A DNA stretch of 64,000 nucleotides from an uncultured Thermoanaerobaculia bacterium (GTDB lineage Bacteria > Acidobacteriota > UBA4820 > DSQY01), in NCBI GenBank assembly GCA_964507185.1, contig CAZDOY010000014.1, positions 3,298-67,297 of the forward strand, written 5' to 3'. Positions 27,640 to 38,402 of the stretch are shown here, one piece after another. Under the pieces are notes generated by a model. It saw only the letters and a list, made by a program, of their open reading frames with translations, did not search any database and was not told the DNA's origin. Position numbers and translations under genes: made by a program. The first letter of the stretch is position 1. Every line of letters starts with the position of its first letter.

Positions 27640-28707
27640 ATGAAGTTTCGAATGAAGCCCTTCAACGTGTTTCTGATTGTCCTGTTCGCTTCCATGGCGG
27701 GGCTGTTGCTCTGGAGCGGGGGGGCGGTCGGCGTCGGAAAGTCCGCGCCCGAGTTCCCAAAGGCCCGGTGGCTGAACAGTAAGCCCCTGACCATGAAGGA
27801 ACTCAAGGGAAAGGTCGTACTGGTGGATTTCTGGGAATACACGTGCATCAACTGCATCCGGACGCTTCCGTACCTCAAGGAATGGAATAAGCGGTACGCT
27901 CCATACGGATTGGTCATAATCGGCGTTCACACCCCCGAATTCGATTCTTCCGCCAAGCCCGCCAACGTGGCGGCAGCCGTCAAGCGCTTCGGCATAACCT
28001 ACCCCGTCCTGCTCGATGACCAGTACAAGACATGGAACGCCTATGCGAACCTCTACTGGCCACGCGAGTACATGATCGACCGGAAGGGCATCATCCGGTA
28101 CGACCACGTGGGCGAGGGCGAGTACGGCAGGACCGAGGCCGAAATCCAGAAACTGCTCCGCGAGGGGGGGACCTGCCCGGACATTCCCCTCATGAAACCC
28201 GTCCGGGCGATGGACAGCCCGGGCGCCGTCTGCTATCGCACGACCGCCGAGACCTACATCGGCTCGAAACGCGGACATCTGGCGAATACGGGCGGATACG
28301 GCGGTGCGAGGACCAACCACTACATCGCTCCCGCAGTGCGCGCACTCGGCGACGGCCTCCCTGCCCTCTCGGGATCATGGTCCACCTACGCGGAGTACTG
28401 CGAATCGAGAAGCCCCTATTCTGCGCTTTACCTCCGCTACCATGCCGCAGGGTGCTACGTGGTCGCAGACGCCGGCGAGAAGAGGTCGGAAAGCACGATG
28501 GTCGTTCTGCTCGACGGAAAGCCCGTTCCGCAGGCCCTCAGAGGCGAAGACGTCGTCGAGAGAGACGGCAAGACCGTGGTCCGGCTTAAAAGGACCCGCC
28601 TCTACCGCCTCGTGGACGGGAACGTCTTCGGACGGCACGTCGTCGAACTCCAGCCCGAGCCGGGCGCCAGGTTCTACTCCTTCACATTCGGGACTTGCAC
28701 GCATTGA
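27640..28707 (+). CDS. Exported thioredoxin-like protein resembling the soluble part of DipZ (Trx plus C-terminal beta domain)
   Basis: N-terminal signal or anchor; VVLVDFWEYTCINCIRTLP (CxxC); IIGVHTPEF; YWPREY..D..G.IRY.HVGEGEY; YSFTFG C-terminus. Confidence 0.85.
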   Translation: MKFRMKPFNVFLIVLFASMAGLLLWSGGAVGVGKSAPEFPKARWLNSKPLTMKELKGKVVLVDFWEYTCINCIRTLPYLKEWNKRYAPYGLVIIGVHTPEFDSSAKPANVAAAVKRFGITYPVLLDDQYKTWNAYANLYWPREYMIDRKGIIRYDHVGEGEYGRTEAEIQKLLREGGTCPDIPLMKPVRAMDSPGAVCYRTTAETYIGSKRGHLANTGGYGGARTNHYIAPAVRALGDGLPALSGSWSTYAEYCESRSPYSALYLRYHAAGCYVVADAGEKRSESTMVVLLDGKPVPQALRGEDVVERDGKTVVRLKRTRLYRLVDGNVFGRHVVELQPEPGARFYSFTFGTCTH

Positions 28708-28996
28708 CGGCCTGGCGCGAAGGCGTCGCCCCCGGCCGGCGCGACCACGCAATTCCCGGCTGCGGTCCGGCAACCTTGTCTGTCATCGAAGATGGGTGTA
28801 CCATAACGTCCGAGGTGTGGATGATGCTGCATGGTCCCCTTAAGACGCCTCGCCCTTATGAACCGGGCGCCCTTTCAGTAGCTTTCCCGTCAGATATCAT
28901 GACATATCCTAACTTAACATGACACAACCGCAATAATCCTCCCGGCGGGTCACTTGCACCCTGGAGAGATCGAACACTTTATACTGGAGGAGTACA

Positions 28997-31750
28997 GTGA
29001 GAACAGACATCCAATCGGAGACGGCATCCAGCCAGCACATGGACTGCGAACGGCAGAAACGGCGTCCATTGATGGCCGCTTTCGCCGTACTGGCCTTTAT
29101 GGCGGCGGCAAGCCTGTTTTTCGGCCTGCCGGGCGGCATCCTCAATGCCGCTACCCCGGCAAAGTCGGGCGCCGTCCTGAAAACCACGCTGAAGAACGGC
29201 CTGCGGGTGGTCATCGTGCGCAACCCGCTCGCCCCGGTCGTAACGACCGAAGTCAATTACCTCGTAGGTTCGAACGAGGCTCCCGACGGTTTCCCTGGAA
29301 TGGCCCACGCCCAGGAACACATGATGTTCCGGGGGAGCCCGGGCCTCAGCGCCGATCAGCTTGCGGACATCACCGCGGCCATGGGCGGCGACATGAACGC
29401 CGACACCCAGCAGACCGTTACGCAGTACTTCTTCACCGTTCCCGCGGAGGACCTGGATGTCGCTCTGCACGTGCAGTCGATCCGCATGAGCGGGGTCATG
29501 GACAGCGACAAGCTCTGGGGTGAAGAACGGGGCGCCATCGAGCAGGAGGTGGCGCAGGACCTGTCAAATCCCCAGTACGTTTTCTTTACCAAGTTGCTCA
29601 AGGCCATGTTCAAAGGCACGCCATACGCTCACGACGCGCTCGGAACGCGCCCGTCCTTTGACAAGACCACCGGCGCCATGCTGAAGAAGTTCTACGACAC
29701 CTGGTATGCGCCCAACAACGCCATCCTCGTTATCGTGGGCGACGTCCAGCCGCAGAAGACCCTCGCGGAGGTGAAGACGCTGTTCGGCTCAATCCCCTCC
29801 AAGAAGATTCCCGAGCGGCCGGAGATCAAACTCCAGCCCGTCACACCCGACACGCTCCACCTCAAGACCGATCTGCCCTACGGGCTCGCCCTCGTCACGT
29901 TCCGGATGCCCGGCTCGGACAGCCCGGACTACGCGGCGGCCGAGGTACTCAGCGACGTGTTGAGCAGCCAGCGGGGATCGCTCTTCGGACTCGTTCCCCA
30001 GGGTAAGGCCCTCTACGCAGGCTTCTCCACCCAGGCCATGCCAAAGGCCGGTCTCGGCTTCGCCTTTGCAGTGTTTCCAAAGGGCGGCGACTCCGCAGGC
30101 CTCGTCAAGGAGGTCAATGGAATCCTCGCGGCGGACCTCAAGAACGGCCTCCCCGCCGATCTCGTCGAAGCCACCAAGCGCCGCGTGCTTACACAGGCCG
30201 AACTCCAGAAGAATTCGGTGTCCGGTTTGGCCCAGGCCTGGTCCCAGGCCCTGGCCGTGCAGGGCAGGCAGTCGCCCGAGGACAACGTTGCTGCCATCCA
30301 GAAGGTCACCGTCGAGGACGTCAACCGCGTGGCCAGAAAATATCTTGACCAGAAACACGCCATCGTGGCAATTCTCACGCCGCAACCTTCGGGCAAGCCC
30401 ATCTCGTCTAAAGGCTTCGGAGGCAGCGAATCCTTCGCTCCCAAGAACCCCAAGCCGGTCAAACTGCCATCCTGGGCGGAGTCGGCCCTGCGACGCCTGT
30501 CGGTTCCCGCATCTGCGGTCAACCCGGTCGTAACCAAGCTTCCCAACGGCATCACCCTCATCGTACAGCCCGAGGCCGCGAGCGACACGGTGAGCGTCTA
30601 TGGCCGGATCCGCAACAACTCAGACATGGAAACACCAAAGGGGCAGGAGGGCGTAGACCAGGTACTGAACAGGCTCTTCTCATTCGGAACCACATCGCTC
30701 AATCGCATCGCTTTCCAGAAAGCCCTCGACGACATAGGCGCGTCCGAATCTGCGGGCACACATTTCAACGTTCACGCGCTGTCCGGCCATTTCGAGCAGG
30801 CCGTCAAGCTCCTCGCCGACAACGAACTGCATCCCGCTCTTCCCGCGCAGGCCTTCAAGATCATGCAGATGCAGACGGCCCGCTCCGTTGCTGGGCTGCT
30901 TCAGAGTCCCGACTACCTGTCAGGCCTCGCTCTGGACAAAGCTCTCTATCCGAAAGACGATCCCACGCTTCGCCAGGCGACTCCCAAATCGGTGTCCGCA
31001 CTGACGCTGAAGGACGTAAAAGCCTACTACGAGAAGGTGTTCCGTCCGGACTTGACGACCATAGTGGTCATCGGCAACATCAAACCGGCCCAGGCCCGAT
31101 CGGCCATCGAGAAGTACTTCGGAGCCTGGAAGGCCGAAGGCCCCAAACCCGTGACCCTCTATCCGGAAGTGCCGCCGAACAAACCGTCAAGCACGGCCGT
31201 TCCGGACTCCAGTCGCGTTCAGGACCTGGTCACCCTTTCGGAGACCCTCGGGCTCAAGCGGTCCAATCCGGATTATTACGCCCTCGAACTGGGCAACCAC
31301 GTGCTCGGCGGCGCGTTCTACGCCACCCGCTACTACCGCGACCTCCGCGAAAAAGCGGGCCTCGTCTACTACGTGAGTTCCTCGTTTGATGTGGGCCGCA
31401 CGCGATCGACCTACACGGTTCGCTACGCCTGCGATCCGCCCAACGTGACCAAGGCCCAGAACATGGTGGTGAAGGAACTCACGGCCATGACCTCGGCTCC
31501 GGTTACCCCCGACGAGCTTCAGAAGGCCAAGGCCATTCTCCTGCGGGAAATTCCCCTCCGCGAATCCAGTGAGGGGAGCATTGCCGGAGGCCTGCTCTCA
31601 AGGTCCATCCACGACCTTCCGCTGAACGAGCCGACGCTTGCCGCCCGCAAGTACGTCGCGCTGACCGCAGCCCAGGTCAAGACCGCGTTCAAGAAATGGA
31701 TGCGCCCCGATGCCCTCGTAAGGGTCACCCAGGGACCGAGCCCCAAATAG
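28997..31750 (+). CDS. Exported M16 (pitrilysin/PqqL-like) zinc peptidase, two fused halves
   Basis: Signal peptide; inverted zinc motif HAQEH..F.GS; NADT; LREKAGLVY in the C-half; GGAGG RBS 6 nt before the GTG. Confidence 0.92.
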   Translation: MRTDIQSETASSQHMDCERQKRRPLMAAFAVLAFMAAASLFFGLPGGILNAATPAKSGAVLKTTLKNGLRVVIVRNPLAPVVTTEVNYLVGSNEAPDGFPGMAHAQEHMMFRGSPGLSADQLADITAAMGGDMNADTQQTVTQYFFTVPAEDLDVALHVQSIRMSGVMDSDKLWGEERGAIEQEVAQDLSNPQYVFFTKLLKAMFKGTPYAHDALGTRPSFDKTTGAMLKKFYDTWYAPNNAILVIVGDVQPQKTLAEVKTLFGSIPSKKIPERPEIKLQPVTPDTLHLKTDLPYGLALVTFRMPGSDSPDYAAAEVLSDVLSSQRGSLFGLVPQGKALYAGFSTQAMPKAGLGFAFAVFPKGGDSAGLVKEVNGILAADLKNGLPADLVEATKRRVLTQAELQKNSVSGLAQAWSQALAVQGRQSPEDNVAAIQKVTVEDVNRVARKYLDQKHAIVAILTPQPSGKPISSKGFGGSESFAPKNPKPVKLPSWAESALRRLSVPASAVNPVVTKLPNGITLIVQPEAASDTVSVYGRIRNNSDMETPKGQEGVDQVLNRLFSFGTTSLNRIAFQKALDDIGASESAGTHFNVHALSGHFEQAVKLLADNELHPALPAQAFKIMQMQTARSVAGLLQSPDYLSGLALDKALYPKDDPTLRQATPKSVSALTLKDVKAYYEKVFRPDLTTIVVIGNIKPAQARSAIEKYFGAWKAEGPKPVTLYPEVPPNKPSSTAVPDSSRVQDLVTLSETLGLKRSNPDYYALELGNHVLGGAFYATRYYRDLREKAGLVYYVSSSFDVGRTRSTYTVRYACDPPNVTKAQNMVVKELTAMTSAPVTPDELQKAKAILLREIPLRESSEGSIAGGLLSRSIHDLPLNEPTLAARKYVALTAAQVKTAFKKWMRPDALVRVTQGPSPK

Positions 31751-31792
31751 CGCACCGGAATACAGCTTTCCCGGCGCCGTGAATGGCGCCAG

Positions 31793-31828
31793 AAAGGCCC
31801 GGGGGGCGGCAATGCCCCCGGGCCTTTT
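31793..31828 (+). terminator. Rho-independent terminator
   Basis: AAAGGCCCGGGGGGC…GCCCCCGGGCCTTTT. Confidence 0.8.
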
Positions 31829-31911
31829 GAAGAGAAAAAGGCTACAATGGCCTATCGAGTTCCCCGGCCGTCCGGCCGCGACGTCCGGAATCTGCGCGTA
31901 TAGAGGACCGC

Positions 31912-34684
<2,773 letters not shown>

Positions 34685-34712
34685 TCTTCAGCGGGACGGA
34701 CCGCGCGAAGAC

Positions 34713-36194
34713 TCAGCGCGAGCGGAGTGTCTCTATGCGGCGGATGAACTCTTCGAGGATGAGCCTGTAGAGCCCGTCGCCCAGGGTCCCATCTTCCACG
34801 CCCGCGTCGATGTTGGGGTTGTCGTTGACCTCTATCACGAAAGCCCCCTTGTCCGTCATCTTGACGTCCACACCGTAGAGGCCGTCTCCGATCAGGTTGG
34901 CCGACTTGAGGGCCGCCTCCAGCACCTTTGCAGGCACCTCGTCCACGGGAAGGGTCTTGAACCCCCCTTCCGTGAATCGGCCCGAAGCGCTGTGTTTGAC
35001 GATCTGCCAGTGGTACTTCGACATGAAGTACTGGCAGGCATAGAGGGGTTGGCGCCTCAGGATGCCGATGCGCCAGTCGTATTCGGTGTACATGAACTCC
35101 TGGGCCAGGATAAGGTCCGAATCCGTGAACAGCTTCTTGCAGATGGCCTTCAGTTCGCTGAAGTTGTTTACCTTGTATATCCCTCTGGAGAACGAGCTGT
35201 CCGGGATCTTCAGGACCATCGGATAGGGAATGGAGGCCTCGAGCTTCTGCAGCGCCTTCGTTCCAACTTCCTGCAGAATAACCGTCTTGGGGGTGGGGAC
35301 CTTGTGGGCCGCGAGCAACTCGGCCAGGTAGACCTTGTTGGTGCACTTGACAATGGAATCGGGATCGTCGATGACGGCCATGCCCTCGTTCTCGGCCTTC
35401 TTCGCGAAACGGTAGGTGTAGTGTTCGATTTCGGTCGTCTCTCTAATGAAGAGCGCGTCATACTCGGCCAGCTTCGAGTAGTCCCGCCGCTCGATCAGGT
35501 CCACGCTGATACCGAGTTTCTCCCCTACTTTGACGAACTTCTGAAGGGCCCGCTTGTTGGACGGGGGCAGGCGCTCCGCCGGGTTGTACAGAACGGCCAG
35601 GTCGAAACGCTTGTGGTTCTTCGCTCTTGGACGGTGCCATGGCTTACTGCGGTGATATTCGAACGCTTCGATGAACTTTTCTTCCTGCTCCGGTGTCAGT
35701 CCGTGCAGGTGGGCGGCTTTGATGGCCGAGATGTGCCAATTGCCCTGCAGGCGGAATTCTACCTTGAGGAGCGGGCACTGGAAAAGGTCGAATATCTGGC
35801 GGGCCAGCTCAGGGAACTGCCCCTGTCTGCATCGCCCGAAAAAAATGTCCATCTCGAAGGCGTTGCGTTGATCGAGGCCCAGACTTTTCTTCAGGCCCTT
35901 CTGAACGGTCTCGTCCAGATCTTCGACGTTGAGACTGTAAATGGCTTTGCTGCTCAGATCGTTGATCGTCCTGACGGTCGGAATGACCTTGTGGCGACGC
36001 GCCTGCGCCAGCAGAGAACAGTAGTACCCGATGGTGAGATAGCCGTAGCTGCGGCACAGGTTGACGATCTTCGCATCCCGGAGTTTGAAATACTGCGACT
36101 GGTCCAGGTAATCCTTCGCCAGGACCACTCTGACATCGGGATAGGAGGTCTTCCAGTCCTTCAGGTTTTCGATTAAGACGATCTGCTGAGACAT
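34713..36194 (-). CDS. RimK-family ATP-grasp ligase with an extended N-terminal (RLAN-type) domain
   Basis: IVNLCRSYGYLTIGYYCSLLAQAR; YDALFIRETT; CTNKVYLAELL; VLKIPDSSFSRG; QEF; YGVDVK; VIEVNDNPNID. Confidence 0.9.
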   Translation of the reverse strand: MSQQIVLIENLKDWKTSYPDVRVVLAKDYLDQSQYFKLRDAKIVNLCRSYGYLTIGYYCSLLAQARRHKVIPTVRTINDLSSKAIYSLNVEDLDETVQKGLKKSLGLDQRNAFEMDIFFGRCRQGQFPELARQIFDLFQCPLLKVEFRLQGNWHISAIKAAHLHGLTPEQEEKFIEAFEYHRSKPWHRPRAKNHKRFDLAVLYNPAERLPPSNKRALQKFVKVGEKLGISVDLIERRDYSKLAEYDALFIRETTEIEHYTYRFAKKAENEGMAVIDDPDSIVKCTNKVYLAELLAAHKVPTPKTVILQEVGTKALQKLEASIPYPMVLKIPDSSFSRGIYKVNNFSELKAICKKLFTDSDLILAQEFMYTEYDWRIGILRRQPLYACQYFMSKYHWQIVKHSASGRFTEGGFKTLPVDEVPAKVLEAALKSANLIGDGLYGVDVKMTDKGAFVIEVNDNPNIDAGVEDGTLGDGLYRLILEEFIRRIETLRSR

Positions 36195-36238
36195 CTTGAC
36201 TCCTCACCACTCAGCAATGTGCGCTGCGCCGCCGACCT

Positions 36239-37399
36239 TTAGGCCCGACGCTTCGTCCGCCGCCTGCCACCACCGGGACCGCGTTTTGGGGCCGGTCCTC
36301 CTGCGGGAGACCTTCCGATAAACAATGCGGCCTTCAGCCCGGCTTTGCCATACCTCGCCATGCGTTCGAAGTCCTTCTTCAGGATGGGCATGTTCATGCT
36401 GTCGGTGGCCGACTTGTGCGCCTCCAGGTCCACAAAGGAATCGTGGACGTAGATGAAGCGATCGTCGAGACCGGTCACCACGACCCAGTGAGGGGAGTTC
36501 TCGTGGTAGATCCTTCGGGAGCTGATAAGAACAAGCGGGATGAGCTTCGCCTCGACGCGGTCTTGTATGTCGGACATTCCAGGCGTCCCGTAGTGCAGGG
36601 TGATGGGATAGTTCCGGATCTCTTCGAGCATGTCTTCCTGGACCAGGCGAATGACTTCCTTCTTTTCCTCGCTGCGGACGCTCCTGGTGAACAGTGCGCC
36701 GTCATCGTTAACGAAGATCTCCACGCAGAAACCGCGATGGAGAGCCGACAGCGCAAGACCGTACGGACCGCATCCGCCATGGCCCGCGGTCATGAAGATG
36801 CTGGTGGACTCGCGCCATATTCTGAGTTCGAGTTTCCTGTTCAGGTCCAGGTTGGGATCGAGCGCCTTCATGGCCATCATCAAGGCTGAAGGCCCGCACG
36901 TGAAATCCAACGTCTGCATATAGAAAGGCACGCTCACGAGGTTCGGTTTGAGGTGGGGAATGAGGAACTTCTCGAATCGCAGGGCCGCCTGATGGTCCTC
37001 GTAGTAATCCTCGATTACGCCGAAACGACGGTAGCCGCTCTTGTCGTAGAGCCGGATGGCGGCCTCGTTATCGTTCCTCACCTCGAGCCTCATGCTGACG
37101 CAATCGTGCTCTCTCGCGGCCTCTTCCGAAGCGCCAAGCAGCATGGCACCGATCCCGAGGCCGCGGCTCGCCGGATCAACCGCCACCGAGTACAGGCGTG
37201 CCAGGGACGTTCCGGTGTTGAACAGGAGCATGGCGTAGCCGCACATCCTGCCGCCTTCTAAGGCAACGAGCGTGAGTGCGTTTGCCCGGCTGAGAAGATA
37301 TCGAAAATTCCGCCGCGATAAACGGTCCAGATCGAAACAGCGCGCTTCCAGAGCGACCAGTCCTTCCAGATCATCGAGTCCGCCCAGCCGTATGTCCAT
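36239..37399 (-). CDS. GNAT acetyltransferase fused to a peptidase C39-like (DUF3335-type) domain
   Basis: LYSVAVDP..RGLGIG..LL; LEVRNDN..AIRLYDKSGY; then YMQTLDFTCGPSAL (Cys), SPHWVVVTG (His), YVHD (Asp). Confidence 0.88.
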   Translation of the reverse strand: MDIRLGGLDDLEGLVALEARCFDLDRLSRRNFRYLLSRANALTLVALEGGRMCGYAMLLFNTGTSLARLYSVAVDPASRGLGIGAMLLGASEEAAREHDCVSMRLEVRNDNEAAIRLYDKSGYRRFGVIEDYYEDHQAALRFEKFLIPHLKPNLVSVPFYMQTLDFTCGPSALMMAMKALDPNLDLNRKLELRIWRESTSIFMTAGHGGCGPYGLALSALHRGFCVEIFVNDDGALFTRSVRSEEKKEVIRLVQEDMLEEIRNYPITLHYGTPGMSDIQDRVEAKLIPLVLISSRRIYHENSPHWVVVTGLDDRFIYVHDSFVDLEAHKSATDSMNMPILKKDFERMARYGKAGLKAALFIGRSPAGGPAPKRGPGGGRRRTKRRA

Positions 37400-37622
37400 T
37401 GCCGCGCTCCAGCGGCGCCGCACGATGCTTGAAGCCGGCGGCGCCTTTGCGGTCTATTATGAGCGCATGGAGCGAAAAATAAAGCCCCGGGAAGGGCCCG
37501 CATATCCCGCCCGGGCTCACCCGTAAGTCGGTTAGAGACGAATCTCGGTCAAAGCACTATAATGGGAGCTCATCAGTTTCCGGGCCGTCGAACGGCATCC
37601 GCAAACGTGGATACATTCATGA

Positions 37623-38102
37623 ATGGGTGAGGGCATGGTAAAGAGAGCAAGAGTCTCCCCGGGGCACTTGGTGACGATCGAATACACGCTCTACGACGAA
37701 GACGGAAAGATCATCGATTCCACGGAAGGCGACGAGCCTTACACCTACATCCAGGGATACGGGCAGGTCCTACCCGGACTGGAGAAGGCGCTCGCCGGCC
37801 TGAAGCCCGGCGACCGGCGGAAGGTCACGGTGAATCCGGAAGAGGGATTCGGCCTTCACGATCCGGCAAAGGTGTTCAAGGAGCCTCGTGAGAAGTTGGA
37901 TGCGGAGGTAGAGGTCGGCCACGTGCTCGAGGTGGAGGTGGACGAGGACCACAGTTCCGAACTGCTGGTGATTTCTGTCGACGACGATTCCGTCATTCTC
38001 GACGGAAACCACCCCCTTGCAGGCAGAAGGCTCGTATTCGACGTCAGGGTGGTCGGCGTGAGGCCGGCCACGCTCAAGGAACTGAACAAGATCGGCCAGT
38101 AA
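37623..38102 (+). CDS. slyD: FKBP-type peptidyl-prolyl isomerase, SlyD-like, without the His-rich tail
   Basis: VTIEYTLYDEDGKIIDST, YIQGYGQVLPGLEKAL, LDGNHPLAGRRLVFDV. Start may be 37635. Confidence 0.88.
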   Translation: MGEGMVKRARVSPGHLVTIEYTLYDEDGKIIDSTEGDEPYTYIQGYGQVLPGLEKALAGLKPGDRRKVTVNPEEGFGLHDPAKVFKEPREKLDAEVEVGHVLEVEVDEDHSSELLVISVDDDSVILDGNHPLAGRRLVFDVRVVGVRPATLKELNKIGQ

Positions 38103-38183
38103 GATGGAGAGAACGGTCCTCCGTGCTCGGATGACTCGCCAGGAAGCATCTCCGGAAGGAATGGCCCGGTCCGGCCCAAACGC

Positions 38184-38199
38184 GTTACCTTCTGGTAAC
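38184..38199. promoter_or_regulatory. Perfect palindrome GTTACC-N4-GGTAAC, candidate enhancer-protein site
   Basis: Lies about 120 bp upstream of a sigma54-type promoter, with an AT-rich tract between them. Confidence 0.45.
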
Positions 38200-38320
38200 A
38201 CCCCTGTTCGTAAAGGGAAACATCAGAGGCTTTACAATCTGTGCAAGAAGGTGAACTCTTCTCCTATTTATTCTTATTTATTATAGCTCTTATCCCATCC
38301 GTTCCGAGTGTTCTCCCGAG

Positions 38321-38336
38321 TGGCAGGCTTCTTGCT
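38321..38336 (+). promoter_or_regulatory. sigma54 (-24/-12) promoter candidate
   Basis: TGGCAGGCTTCTTGCT against the consensus TGGCACG-N4-TTGC(A/T); 67 nt upstream of the GGDEF-EAL gene. Confidence 0.7.
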
Positions 38337-38402
38337 ATTAACAACGTTCACAAGAGACTGACGATCTCGTATGGGGCACTCCAGATAGAGCTCGACTGAC
38401 TC

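Noticed and set aside
28898-28924. CATGACA direct repeat upstream of the M16 gene
   Set aside because: Only two 7-mers, 20 bp apart, with no supporting promoter. It could be chance.
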